Both the position numbers and the translations under genes were made by a program. The notes under the pieces were generated by a model. The model was given only the letters and a program-made list of their open reading frames with translations. It had not been told where the DNA came from and did no database searches. Shown here in pieces: positions 23,165 to 35,795 of a DNA stretch of 64,000 bases (its first letter is position 1; each line of letters begins with the position of its first letter). Location: NCBI GenBank assembly GCA_054600435.1, contig BAAIJX010000002.1, positions 806,001 through 870,000 of the forward strand. The letters are read 5' to 3'. The stretch is from Neophaeotheca triangularis (Eukaryota).

Positions 23165-23858
23165 GAGTTGTGGAGGATGAGAGATGACGATGCGGTTCGA
23201 TTCAGGGGTCTGGCTTGATCCCCAACGAGGTCTACAGTGAGACGGCGGTGGGGTTTTCTTTTGAATGTGGGCTAGTATTCTTGGGGTCGGCGGTGAGTTC
23301 TTGCTAGCTCTCGATAATTCGTGGTAGGGTAGGGTTTAGAGCGTGCGTTATGTAGTAATGAATTTCATAGAACTATTGAAGCTTTCCCTATGCCTTTAGT
23401 TGACATGTGACGACGACCAAAGGAGTAACATTTTCTGGCTGTTGTATGCGCCATGATGTTTAGTTTTACTGCTGTTTCAATGATAAGACAAGGTGTGAGG
23501 GACGAAGTGAAGTGAAGTGATGAAGCATGGACGTGAGGTCGGAGCGCTGCAAATCTCGGGCCGACTTCGGAAGATCTTGCCAGAGAGAGAGAGTCGCGTA
23601 CCGCGTCGGCGACAAGCATGACCTTGAGAGCTTCACTTCACGCTTTGGCCTTCCAATTCCCTGTCGCCTGCCTGCCGCCTACACCATTTTCACACCACGA
23701 CTACCTTCCTTTGACGCTTCGACTACTTGACCTACTCTCGAACCGACCACCACTGCGACTGTCCTGATACCAAGAATACACCCAGAGGCGACTAGGTACT
23801 GGAGCAGGCGGCGCATACCACATCAAAGGTCGCTAGTCAAGCGCCGAAAACCAGCACC

Positions 23859-25726
23859 ATGTAAGTCATGGCCGGCATACCTTCTCTCTAGAAGCTCTAC
23901 GCGGAAGCATTGAGCAGGACGAGATAGGCTAACTTCACTCACCAGGGAGACCTTCGAAGACATCTATCTTGACCTCTCCACGCAGCCTGGGAGGTGCAGA
24001 CTCGCAGACTCCGGCATCGGATGGAAGCCTGCGAAGGCGGAGAAGTCATGGACCTTGGACAAGAGCGAGCTGATTTCGGCGCAATGGAGTCGTGCGGCTA
24101 GGGGCTATGAGCTAAGGATGATCGCGAAGAACCAAGGTGTTATTCAGTTGGACGGCTTCAAGCAAGATGTGCGTGGATTCATACTCTCAAGGTCTGGACA
24201 AATCGCGTAACTAACTATCTGAGCAGGACCTCGATTCTCTCCAGAAGTGCTTCAAAGTGTGGTACGGCATTGAGTTGTTGCAGAAAGAGCATGCACTCCG
24301 CGGATGGAACTGGGGAAAGAGCGAGATGTCGCGCAACGAGCTCACCTTCAACGTCCGCAATCAACCGGCTTTCGAAATCCCCTACGCAGAGATCTCGAAT
24401 ACCAACTTGGCGGGCAAGAACGAAGTCGCAGTCGAGTTCTCTCTCCCATCTGACAGCAAAGATACTGGCACAAATGGAGCTCTTGGTGGCGCGCGTGGCA
24501 AGGGCAAGAAGGGAGGAGCGGCAGTCGACCAACTCACAGAAATGCGCTTCTACATCCCAGGCACAGAGAACCGCAAAGTTGCTCGGAAGGAGGATGCGAA
24601 CTCGGGTGATGATTCTGCGCCGGAAGAGGAGACAAATGCCGCAAACATCTTTTACGAATCTCTCATGGACAAGGCGCAAATCGGCGAGGTTGCTGGAGAT
24701 ACATACGCTACTTTCCTCGACATCCTTCACCTCACTCCTCGTGGACGCTTCGACATCGATCTTTACGAGACCTCCTTCCGCCTGCGGGGTAAAACCTACG
24801 ACTACAAAATTGCCTACGAATCCGCCAAGAAGTTCTTCCTCCTGCCAAAACCAGACGATGTTCACCAACTCATCTGTATCGGTCTGGATCCACCTCTCCG
24901 TCAAGGTCAAACCCGTTACCCCTTCCTAGTCATGCAACACAAGCGCGACGAAGAGGTCAACGTCGAGCTCAACATGACGGAGCAAGATCTGCAAGAGAAG
25001 TTCAACGGCAAACTTCAACCCGTCTACGAAGCGCCCATTGCCAACGTCATAACCAAAATCCTCCACGGCCTGACAGGCAAACGCATAACCCAACCCTCTC
25101 ATGACTTCGTCTCGCATCACTCGCAATCGGGAGTCAAATGCAGCATCAAAGCCAACGAGGGCCATCTCTTCTGCCTTGACCGCGCATTCCTCTTCGTCCC
25201 AAAGCCCGCCACGTACATCTCCTTTGAGAACATCTCCGTCATCACCATGAGCCGCGTCGGCGGGGCTGTTAGTGCCAGCCGCACTTTCGACATCACGGTG
25301 ACGCTGAAGAATGGCATGGGCGAGCATCAATTCAGCAACATCAATCGCGAGGAACAGCAGCCGTTGGAGCAATTCTTCAAAACCAAGGGTCTCAAGACTA
25401 AAAACGAAATGGACGCCGATGGCGCTATGCTCAAGGCCGCGATGGTGGATCCCGATTTGCAGAGCTCCGAGGATGAGGCGGAAGTCGTTCGTCAAGATCG
25501 CGGCAGCGCTGACGAGGACGATGAGAGTGTGGATGAGGACTTCCAGGCGGATAGCGAGAGTGATGTCGCTGAGGAGTTTGATAGCGATGCTAAGAGCAGT
25601 GGTGGCGGCAGTGATGCGGAGATGGAAGATGCGAGTGATGGCGAGGGAGGAGGCGATGCTGGTGGGAGTGGAAGTGATACGGCGGAGAAGGTTGAGAGGC
25701 CAAAGAAGAAGGCTAAGACTGGGTAG
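23859..25726 (+). CDS. POB3: FACT complex subunit Pob3/SSRP1; exons 23859-23860, 23946-24168 and 24227-25726
   Basis: Spliced start METFEDIYLDLS; motifs AQWSRAARGYEL, GWNWG, LTPRGRFDID, LRGKTYDYKI, DPPLRQGQTRYPF; acidic tail with basic end. Canonical introns 23861-23945 and 24169-24226. Confidence 0.97.
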
Positions 25727-26535
25727 GCTATTGTTGGGGAGGGTAGGCCAAAAGATGAGACGAGCGAGCGAGCGACCAAGTGGTTGAGAGCACAACACGA
25801 GGGGCAATAGCTTGAGAATATCGGTTTGGCATCTCTTGCTAATGAATTTCGAAATTTGAACTCGTGCCGTGCATTGGTACCTGGTACTATGAATGCTGTG
25901 AGGCAAGAACCACGGCTACGATTGTCTAACATGTTCACTGCACGTTCCCCTCCGTTGGAGCTGAACAGCAGGCAATAGCATCTGTGGGTAGCGAACGTAC
26001 GTCGCATATCCCCCTTTTCCCAAACTGTGGCATCCGCATACACCTCAGCATATGTCATCAAGTAAGCCTTCGGAAGCTAGTCTCCCCGGTTGATAGGTAC
26101 CTTAGGTGAAACTGAGGTAAGCTGAAGCACGTGAGGTTGCAAAAGGCTTGCGGCGCTCCCGGCCGTCCCTGTGGGGCCGCTGCAGATCATATACGCATGT
26201 GGCAAGCGCAGCCATGTCGACGGTGGCACACGTGGAGGGGGCTGAGGGGGGCTGAGGGGGCGGTGGCTTGGGTGGGTCTTTTGTTAAAGGGTGCAACTTG
26301 CTGACTTCCAGTTCTGCTTTTCTTTCCACCGGCAGCATTAACCTGCGCCGTTGTCAACTTTGATGAGTTTTTTCTTCAGCGGAAGTCAAGTTTGAAGATT
26401 GCCTTAGGTTTCTCGTTTAGGTGAAGGGTTCGGAACCTCGAAGCTACATACCTACGATTGGCTCTAGTGGCGAGCCCAAGTATCTTCGGCTAGCCCGCCG
26501 CCACATCCAGTTCCGCGGCTGGAGGAAGGGAGATC

Positions 26536-28330
26536 ATGGCCATTGCAGATGTCAGCACCCTAAACACGCCAGTCGTCTGGGCCGGCGTGGGCGTTTTCGT
26601 GCTGTTGTACATCTGGCAGACGGTGACTGCCAAGTCCAAAGTGCCGCCGTCTCTGCCTTGGGTCGGGAAGCAGGGCGATGGCTTGTTTTCGGAAGTCAAG
26701 GCGACGTTTGCTAGTTTCAATAATGTGAGAAAGTGGCTGGGCGAGGGGTACAATGAGGTTGGTTTACAGCGTGTGGACTTACTTCTATGGAATGTGATGC
26801 TGATGACCGCACAAAGTACTCGCAAAAGGGCAGATCCTACATCTTCCCGGACTTCAGCGGCAAACCTGAGCTTGTCATCCCAAATGCTTCCCTGCGCTGG
26901 TTGCTGGAGCACGACGACAAAGAGGTTAGTGTGGGAGCCGCGCACTACGACCTCCTCAATGGCGACTACGCTTTCACAGACCCGTACGTCCTTAAGTCCC
27001 TGTTCCACGAGCATGTCATCCATAAGAACCTCGCTCGACGACTGGCGGAATTGATGCCCGGGACATGGGACGAGCTAGGTGCCAGCTTCGACGACTCCTG
27101 GGGCCACGACACCGAAAACTGGAAAGAAATAGTCCCCTTCCACGACCTCATGCATACCATTTCCCGCGTCAGCAACCGCATGTTTGTGGGCAAGCCCCTC
27201 TGCCGCAACACCGACTACCTCTCAGCAATGAAAGACTTTGCCACAGCAGTAATGTCAGCAATGATGATCCTCCGCTTCACACCCGCTTTCCTTGTCCCCG
27301 TAGTCGGCCCTCTAGCCGGTATCCCCAACAAGCTTGCGTTCCGCCGTGCCCGCAAACCCCTCCTCCCTATCATCCAATCCCGCCTCCAACTCTTCCACCA
27401 ACACCAAACCACCACCTCCGAAACCGAGAAAGCCTCCCTGCCCCCCTTACCCGAAGACTACATAACCTGGCACATCCGGGTCGCGCTCGAAGAAGACCGG
27501 CCCCCCATTGATCTCGACCCCACAACCATCGCGCGCTTCCTGCTCCCCGTAAACTTCGCCGCAATCCACACCACCACCTTCACCCTTACAAACCTCATCT
27601 TCGACCTTGTTGGCTCGGACCCACAGCTCGGCTACATCCCGGCGCTGCGCGAAGAAGCCGAGCGCGTATACCGTGAAAGCAACGGCACGTGGACCAAGTC
27701 CTCTCTCGCGAAAATGGTCCGCGCCGACTCAGCGACCCGCGAGAGCATGCGCGTCTCGGGCTTCATGACGCGCGGCGTGCAGCGCAAAGTCGTCGCCGAA
27801 AGCGGGTTGCGGAACGAGGAAGAGGGCTGGACGGCGCCGAAGGGCAGTCTGGTGTCGCTGGATGTCTGGAGCCGGCACCACGATCCGGAGTTCTATCCCA
27901 ACCCGGAAGAATTCGACGCTTTTAGGTTTTCGCGCGGCAGGGAGGCCTACGAGGCCGGCGTGGCGAGCGGTGAGATCCAGCCGGATCAGAAAGAGTATTT
28001 GCGCTTGCAGAACCAATGTTTGATTTCCACTGGCGAAGCATTTCTGAACTGGGGACATGGGGTGCATGCTTGGTGAGTTTTCTTCCGATACTATTTTTTC
28101 CCACTACTGCCCGACTCTTGTCGCTGATGCTTTTGGTTCCCCGTAGTCCCGGCCGCTTCTTCATCAACCAGGAAATCAAGCTCGCGCTCGCGCATATTCT
28201 GCTGAAGTATGAGTTGGAGCCTTTGCCCAATGGGCGGCCGCCCAGTCGCTGGTTTGGGGGCAATGTTGTGCCGCCTATGGAGGCTAAGATTCGTGTGCGC
28301 AAGAGGAAAGATGCGGTTACTTTGGGCTGA
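26536..28330 (+). CDS. cytochrome P450 (ent-kaurene-oxidase-like fungal group); exons 26536-26757, 26817-28072 and 28147-28330
   Basis: N-terminal membrane anchor, I-helix FAAIHTT, ExxR (ESMR), FDAFRF, and heme motif WGHGVHAC|PGRFF with the Cys codon split by intron 28073-28146. Confidence 0.95.
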
Positions 28331-29896
28331 GGTGTTGGGACGGATAGACAAGGGGAGGAAATGGGGTGGAGGGGATTGGGGATTCCACAGCGAGGATTGT
28401 AGTCATGGTAGCGATGGCCTTTGTGATGGTGACGATGCTTATGATCAACGACTTGGGAAGGGCGTATGACGAGAAACTATAAAGCCAGCTCTTCGGTCTG
28501 GCTTATTTATGGCCGACTAAGTCAGAAGCGAGAAGCAGAGAAAGATGGGGTTGGCAAGCAATGCAAGTAGGTACATTGAAATATGTCCTAGACATGCAGT
28601 GACATGGAGAGAAGCAGGCATCGGGTGACCAGCAACTTATCAAACTACCGAGCCGTCTAGAACTTGAACGTCACTGAAAGATATTGAAGGAGACATATCC
28701 AACACTCGGAAAGCTCGTTGGAGAAGTGAATACCACAACAGAAAAGCCAAAAATGAGAGCAACGCCGGTCCGTTCAATCACAAGCACTCTGTAACCCAAG
28801 CTCACACCAACCCCTTCGACTCTGCCCAGACCCAACCGAACCATGCGCGTCTCGAGCCATTCACCAGCGCCCTCTACCGCCCCCGACAAAGCCCGCCCGG
28901 CGTCTCCCGAAGTCTGAGCACCCGCTTTATCCCTGCCCTGGCGCCTGCTGACGAAAGCTTCGAGAGCAGCTCAACCGCAGCCGCCAATTCCGACAAAGCC
29001 TCAAGCACGCTCGTATGAGCCAATCGTTGGAGTTGCCACGGACGTGAGCGTGAGCATTATGGAGATCTCGTCAGCGGGTCTGAAAGTTTGTGGGTTTTCG
29101 ACTGAGCGCGAGCGGTTTTCGCTAGAGCCTCGTTCGGCTCGCTGCTTCAGAGCTGCCGGGGAAGCCCCGTCGTGTCTCTGGTTTTGACGGTGGAGAGTGC
29201 TGCTGTCGTCTTGTTCTCCCGTGCCGAGTCCGCTGAAGTGAGAGCTGCTAGCTTCGGAGCCGCGGTATGAGTTTGGTCGAGAGCGATTACTTCGTCTTGA
29301 GGAACGTTTCCTGGCTTATGGGTAGGTGATAGCAGCAGCCTCCGGAGCGGCACGAGCGCCATTTTTGCCTTTCCGACCTGCAGCATACGGTGCTGCACTC
29401 GCCCTTGCCACCTCGGCTCCCAGGGCGCACGCTTCGCAACGGCGGAACACGTATTTCACGGGCCGGTGGGTCTTGGAGACTGTTTTTTGAGGGCCTCCCC
29501 GACAGCGATACCTTTGCCTCGCGTGCTTGCTGCATATAGGTCGTACACTGCGTCAAGGGTTTTGAGGACGAGGGGAAGCAGCTCCTGCCGCGCCTGCTCT
29601 TCTTGCTAGGCGTGCTTGGCATTATGGCGAAGCGCTCGAAGCCTTTGGTGGGAAGGTGGTGTTGATAAGGTCTGGTAGTCAAGATGCATAGTCGACGAAG
29701 GAGGTGAGAGGGTGAAACAGGCTCACGCGAGGAATTTATAGACTTTTGCAGACTGCGGTAGAGTCAGAAGAAGACCATCCAAGAAGACATTCTAGAAGCC
29801 TACGGAAACTGATACCCTCATCATCTTCAACCTAAACCGCTCCGAAAGCCCCCTTGCCAGATATCGAATAACCCCTTGAGGGGTACGAGTAGCATT

Positions 29897-31363
29897 TCAA
29901 CGATACCCGTCCCACAACCCCCGACGCTCCTGTTCATACTCAAACCGATCCTGAGCGTACCGATCACGCAAGCGGTCGTCTTCCTCGTCCGAGTAGTAAT
30001 TCCGGTCGTCATCGTCATCATCGACATACTGCTGGCGGCTGTCGTCTTGACCCTGATCCCAGTCGCCAGTTTCAGGGCTGGGAAGCTGGTATCGGTGGCC
30101 TGGTTGATCTTGCCACTGCGGGGGAGTGTTGACCTCGTCGGGCTGCTGTGGTGGGTACTCCCGTTCCGGCTGGTGATAAGGGCCCTGGTCATCGTGTGCC
30201 TGCTGCTGAGGCGCGAGATTATCATGCGGCGGCGCGGCCTGTTGCGGAGCCTGGGAGCCAGGTCTGGACCGTTGAGGTGCGTAGTTGTTGTGATTTTCCC
30301 GATACTGAGTCTGGTGGTAATTTTTCGTATTGTTGAAGGTGATCGAAGGCTGAGGCAGCACCTTGGGCGCTGGTGGAGCTGGCTTATGCTGCATCCCCCC
30401 CTTCGCAAGGGTGCCTTCAGCATGGGCTGGACCGAGTGGGCCTAGTGGACGATTTGGTCCACCCACACCCTGTGCCGCGTTTTGGTCTTGTCCAGGAGCA
30501 TTTGGCTTTGTGAAGGGAGCGTTGTGGACATCTGGGGGGCCCAAGGGAGCGGGCTTCTGCTGTGCCTGCGGCGTCCAGTTCTGCTCGTTCCGCTGCTGGC
30601 TGACTTGAGAAACATTGTGCCCGATGTGGGGAGCGTAGGCAACGTTATTATGCTGACTCTGATTCTGGTGGATATTGTACGTCTTGTTAATCGTTACCGG
30701 GGACTTGGCCGCCGGATCGTGAGCTCCTGGAGTCGCTCCGCCCATCGTGTTACGTTGACTGTCCGACGGCTTTGCAACAAGCCCTCCACGAGGGCCGGGA
30801 GCGGGTTGGCGCCCAACCTGAGGCATCCTGATGCTCGCACATCCTGGAGCTGGTCCACCCATGGGATCGGGTTGACCATGGCCCGGTTTCGCTCCAATTC
30901 CTCCCTTGAATTCAGCAGCGGGTTGGCGCCCCATATGAGGGTTCCAAATGTTCTGACTATGCTGTTTGGTGACTTGAGAGACTTTTTGCCCGATATGTGG
31001 ATTGTATTCAGTCTTGTTGAACTGATGTTGATTTTGGTGAAGATTGAAAGTCTTGTTGATCACCGTCGAGGGCCTGACCATGGGGTTGGAAGCTGGTAGA
31101 CCCGGTCCGTTGGGTTGATTGAATGGGGGCCTCGCATCAACGCCTCCGTAGCCGCCTGGATGGGGTTGTTGTCTTCTTGCATTACGCGTCGGTGGCGGTG
31201 CCAGAGAGTGTGGAGGAGGCATCGGAGGATGGCCTCGGCCAGAAGGGTTATTCTTCTCAAAGTCCTGCTTGCGTTGGCTTCCTGCGGCAGATGGCTTGGA
31301 AGGCTGGCCACCAGGACGAGGGCCTTTGGGCTGTTTGGCCCGCTGTCCACTCTTTGGAGGCAT
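29897..31363 (-). CDS. P/Q/G-rich low-complexity protein with internal N/Q repeats and an acidic/Tyr tail
   Basis: 488-aa single ATG ORF with internally repeated segments; TATA-like TATAAA about 150 nt upstream on the minus strand (~31507-31512). Confidence 0.7.
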   Translation of the reverse strand: MPPKSGQRAKQPKGPRPGGQPSKPSAAGSQRKQDFEKNNPSGRGHPPMPPPHSLAPPPTRNARRQQPHPGGYGGVDARPPFNQPNGPGLPASNPMVRPSTVINKTFNLHQNQHQFNKTEYNPHIGQKVSQVTKQHSQNIWNPHMGRQPAAEFKGGIGAKPGHGQPDPMGGPAPGCASIRMPQVGRQPAPGPRGGLVAKPSDSQRNTMGGATPGAHDPAAKSPVTINKTYNIHQNQSQHNNVAYAPHIGHNVSQVSQQRNEQNWTPQAQQKPAPLGPPDVHNAPFTKPNAPGQDQNAAQGVGGPNRPLGPLGPAHAEGTLAKGGMQHKPAPPAPKVLPQPSITFNNTKNYHQTQYRENHNNYAPQRSRPGSQAPQQAAPPHDNLAPQQQAHDDQGPYHQPEREYPPQQPDEVNTPPQWQDQPGHRYQLPSPETGDWDQGQDDSRQQYVDDDDDDRNYYSDEEDDRLRDRYAQDRFEYEQERRGLWDGYR

Positions 31364-32916
31364 AGCGTCGATAGGGAGTGGAACTTAGATATTTCAGTTG
31401 GTGTGGAAGGTTGAAGGGCTGTGAGAGGTTTAGAAATGGAAGGAAGATTGAGTTAGAATTTTGGTAGATGGATAAGGTTGTAAAGATATGAGAAACGGCG
31501 CGTTTTCTTTATAGCAGCTCCTGTAGGACGTATTGACGCCGATGTTCGATAAATGAGCTGGTGCCGTTAATGGAATGTCCTTGATATAGTTTGCTCTCTC
31601 GCATGACTGACTCTTGAGCACATGCCATCTCAATAGGCGTCACTACGGACTTGGGCATTTTTGACTGGCGCTGGACTATAGCAAAGGTCGGGTCAAGAGT
31701 TCTGTAGTGACAATCCTGTGACGCTGTTCTCAGGCTTGATGTGTGATGTGTACCTTAGTAGCTATAAGAATGGCCTGTCAAGCATATAGCACGCACCTAA
31801 TGATGCCAACGTAGGTGCCGTCGATCAGCTGCGGCGGGAATGGAGGTTAGATAGCGCGGATCGCTTGCACAAAACGAATTGCCGAAAATGATTGCTCCCA
31901 GTACTCCAGCGCCAGATCCAGACCTTGGCAAAGATAGCAAGAGGCAAACCCAAGCCAAAGCAACCAACGACTGAGGAACGCCCGAGGTAAGGTAACCTCC
32001 CCTCGCCACCTACAGCCCCGCGACCTCACTACATCCCCAGCCAAACCCCAACCTCATCAGCCTTACCGGCGCCCCTTCTCCGCAGCTAGACCCCCACGTG
32101 CTTCGGATCAAAACCAATCTGAGCATCCGAACAGCCCTCCAACTCGCCAGAAACCCACCGCGCTAGTTTTGGGACGGACCCACTTGATCTGATAATGCGT
32201 GCCAAGGAATCCCCTTTCTGCAAACATTGAGCTAGAGACATGATGTTGGGGTGTGTGGGATGCGCGCGGGCTCGGTGGGCGTCGTGGTGGTCTCGAATTG
32301 GGATTACGACGATTGTGGCGGTCTCCGTTGGGGTTGTCGCGTTCTGGGTGTGGGAAGCTTGGACTGGGGGACTGAGTGCGCGGCTGTTGGTCCGTGGGGT
32401 TGAGGCACGTGGACGCGCGGCTGGTAACGTGGAGGTCTGAAGAATGGCCATGTGGAAACTAAGCGCTGGGTTTAGGAGCCAGGCGCTGGATTGGTAGGGA
32501 GTCGCTTTGTTTGATGTGGGGTTCGCTCTAGGAATAGCATGGCGAGATGCTGGGAAAGCTGGGTTTGGTGGGGGATTTGCGAGATGGGTCACGGCTGGTG
32601 GTCGAGGCGCTGGTGCAAGGTCTGCGAGATGAGGTCCTTGTGAAACCATCACGGCGGGCTTGGGCTGTGGGAAGGTATGGCTGACTATATGTGCTTTTGA
32701 TGATGTTGCGGTCGACACATTGTATCGCAAGGCGAACCAAATTGAGGGTGGGATGGATGCGTTTTCATTGGTATACCATTATTCTCAACACCGGCGCTGG
32801 CTTTCTCGCTTTAAGCAGCTTGCCCAACCTTTTAACTCCACGCTATCACAGCCCAAAGATCCCTTACGCAACATCCCAACAAGGCTATTACCACAAGTCC
32901 CTATGCGCACTAGTCT

Positions 32917-33365
32917 CTAAGCCTTCTTCTTCCCCCCGCCCTGCTGCTGTCGAGCTTTGGCCGCTTTGGCCGCTTTCTTCTGATTACTCCTGATCATGAC
33001 GACGCTCAAAAAGCTTCCAACGACGGCGCCGCCGAGAAGGAGAATGATGACGGGTAGACGGATGGCCCAGACGCGAGGGGGAAAGAGGGATTGGAGTGGG
33101 TGATTGTCGTCGACGAAGGGCTGAGGGGGGGAAGGGGTTAGCGGGTAGCGTTGAAGGCCGATTGAGGGATGCTGGAAATTGGAAGAGGCTTGTTGGGAGG
33201 TTTAGAGACGCACCATCAGCAGGGTCCAAACGGTGTAGTAAGCGAAGACGACGGTTGCGGTTAGAAGCATTGCGGTGCCGACTGCGCGATCGAGCTGAGG
33301 GTGTGTTAGTGGGTGCTTTCAGACTGGTGGAGTTATGTTCATCGTACAGTCTTATTGACGCCCAT
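32917..33365 (-). CDS. DPM2: dolichol-phosphate mannosyltransferase regulatory subunit (100 aa); exons 33365-33348, 33294-33214 and 33120-32917
   Basis: Spliced product MGVNKT|LDRAVGTAMLLTATVVFAYYTVWTLLM|PFVDDNHPLQSLFPPRVWAIRLPVIILLLGGAVVGSFLSVVMIRSNQKKAAK...KKKA. YYTxW..PFV...FPPR.WA is the DPM2 signature. Both introns have GT, CTAAC and CAG. Confidence 0.92.
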
Positions 33366-33731
33366 AGTGCGATTGGACCTAGGGGGATAAACAGTGATTC
33401 GATCGAGTTTAAAGGTGATTCACTGATTAACAAATCTGGCGATGTTTGCTGCTTGCTCGCTGGTGAGGTGAGGTGAGGTGAGCTTGGGACAGCTGGAGCT
33501 TGCAATTCGCGATAAGATGAAAGAGATAAGATAAGATAAGGCCAGCAAGCGCGAGCGTCTATTAGCGGCCACGACTTCACTCGTCAGGTCTAGCCAACAA
33601 CCACAACCACATTGCTACGATTCAATCAACCTTTGATTCGTACCTCTTGCAATACCCTCCCACTCGCAAGGCGAATACTTTCCGCCTTCCTACATACTTT
33701 CGACAGCCAGTGAGGTACCGTCACCGCCGCC

Positions 33732-34734
33732 ATGTGGATCATTGACTGGTGTAAGCCGCCCTCCCCTTCAACCGCATCAGCAACAAACGCTCCCGTACCA
33801 TACAACAAACTTCCACGCACCCTCCTCTTTTCCTCTCCCACTCTTGCCTTCCCCCTAATCGCCCAGTCAGCATCCACCCACTGTAACCCCTAAACTAACC
33901 CCCCTCTTCTCCATCCAGTCTGGGACCTTCTCTCCTCCCTTGGGCTCGCCAACAAACACGCCAAACTGCTATTCCTGGGTCTCGACAATGCCGGCAAAAC
34001 CACCCTCCTGCACATGCTCAAAAACGACCGCGTTGCTATCTTGCAACCTACACTGCACCCCACGAGCGAGGAGTTGAGCATCGGGACGGTTCGCTTTACT
34101 ACTTTTGATTTGGGAGGTGAGTTTGAACTTCTTTTGGGGAGCTGTGTTGGGTTTTTCGGGTTATGGGGACTTGCTCCGCAACGACGGACTAGAATCAGGA
34201 GATTGCAAGAGGCGGGATAGGGTAGAGTCTAGAGAGCGTAGGAATTGGCGATGACAAGGGTAGCGACCGGAGCGGAGACTCCATGCCCCACAGCCAACAA
34301 GAGAAGGACACCACTCGAAGCACATCCCCGTAGGAAGAAAGACCCATGACCGCAACTGCAACTAACCAACCCCTTCCCCAGGCCATCAACAAGCCCGCCG
34401 CCTCTGGCGCGACTACTTCCCCGAAGTCAGCGGCATCGTCTTCCTCGTCGACGCCAAAGACCCCGAGCGCTTCATCGAGTCCAAAGCCGAACTCGACGCC
34501 CTGCTCTCCATGGAAGAACTCGCCAAGACCCCTTTCTTGGTGCTCGGCAACAAGATCGACCACCCGAATGCCGTGTCCGAGGACCAGCTGAGGCATGAGC
34601 TAGGCTTGTATCAGACGACGGGTAAGGGCAAGATTCCGCTCGAGGGTGTTAGGCCTGTGGAGGTCTTCATGTGCTCGGTTGTTATGAGGCAGGGATATGG
34701 CGAGGGGATTCGGTGGTTGAGTCAATATGTTTAG
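33732..34734 (+). CDS. SAR1: COPII small GTPase Sar1; exons 33732-33750, 33919-34116 and 34382-34734
   Basis: MWIIDWFWD..., [68 protein letters not shown]. Confidence 0.98.
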
Positions 34735-35795
34735 ATTGGAGAGGGGAGGTGAGGGGAAGAGTTGTCGAGGGGTATAAGGGAAGAAGTTGCGGTCGGATAA
34801 AACTACGAGGAATGCTGCCGACGATGGATGAGGACTGCTGGGCTGGAGATGGCTCGGTGGGCCTTTTCTCTAGCTCTTTTAGCTCGATGTGGCGAATTTG
34901 GAGTTACTTTCACACGACGGTAGCCTATTCATGCCCGGGGATCTTCAGGTCGTTTATGTCTCCCTGTTAGACTTTTATGATTGCTTGGCCGAGGCCACAG
35001 TCCGGCATCACGGTGAGTGCTGTTACGTGTTGGCCATCACTGATACGCTCTAGATGCCCACCACGAGCGATGATTAACTTTTTGTTATCCCTGCCAGCCT
35101 TGTCAAGTTACAAAAAGAATGCTTGGCACGGGAGCGATGGCTCTCACTTCTTGTGACAACTCACACTTCGCAGAGTTTCCTGGCCGGCAAGGTTCTCGTT
35201 TCCAGCGAAGAGCGTATAACAAACCTTCAAAAGTATAGAGAAGCGTTGAGGTGACTAGCAGCCACTACAACTCGCACTATCTATGTACTTGTTGATCACC
35301 TCGCTTTCGCCGGTTTCCATCTTTCCCCTCAAGCCCAGCAAGTAGTCAGAACTAATTGGTGGACAAGAAGCCAGAAGTGAGTAAAACGGCTCAAGGCTGC
35401 TTGGGTGAGTTAAGAGTTTACTTTTCCTTCGGCGCTTGAGTTGCGGGAGGGTTATTTTTTTGTATCCTCTTTTTGCCTCATTCTTTGTTCTTCTCCCCGC
35501 TCGGTGACACGGTCTGGTTATCTAACACTAGAAGTGTTTGCAAAGGGGGTGAAGTTGGCTGATATCTCACACTTCCTTAAACCTTCCTGGCGTTGTTCTC
35601 ATAACACATTACGCAGCTAGAGCAGGCATACCTCTGCCACATACGTTGCGCTTTTTACCTATTCTCCCGAACAACGACGAAGTTCCATTTGAAAAACGTT
35701 ATTCCTTGGATGCTGAATTAGCAAACCGAAGCGTAAGTCAAAAGTCACTTCAAACTCGCAGGCCTGAACCCATTGACTCACAGCAATTTGACAGC

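Noticed and set aside
24926..25906. Long antisense ORFs over POB3, BCAS3-like (19381-20439), DCAF-like (59999-60919) and acyl-CoA oxidase (48507-49232)
   Set aside because: Expected antisense shadows of GC-rich coding sequence.
4671..28330. Secondary-metabolite cluster from MFS, GNAT and P450
   Set aside because: No PKS, NRPS or terpene synthase; the genes are far apart and separated by housekeeping genes.
28700..29700. Possible minus-strand gene (ORFs 29287..29682 and 29147..29398)
   Set aside because: No convincing splice model or motif.
32086..32730. 214-aa minus-strand ORF downstream of DPM2
   Set aside because: Non-ATG start in the track, low complexity and no motif; cannot be supported, though not excluded.
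34117..34381. Intronic C/D snoRNA in SAR1
   Set aside because: Only a weak C-box-like GATGA and no CTGA D box found.
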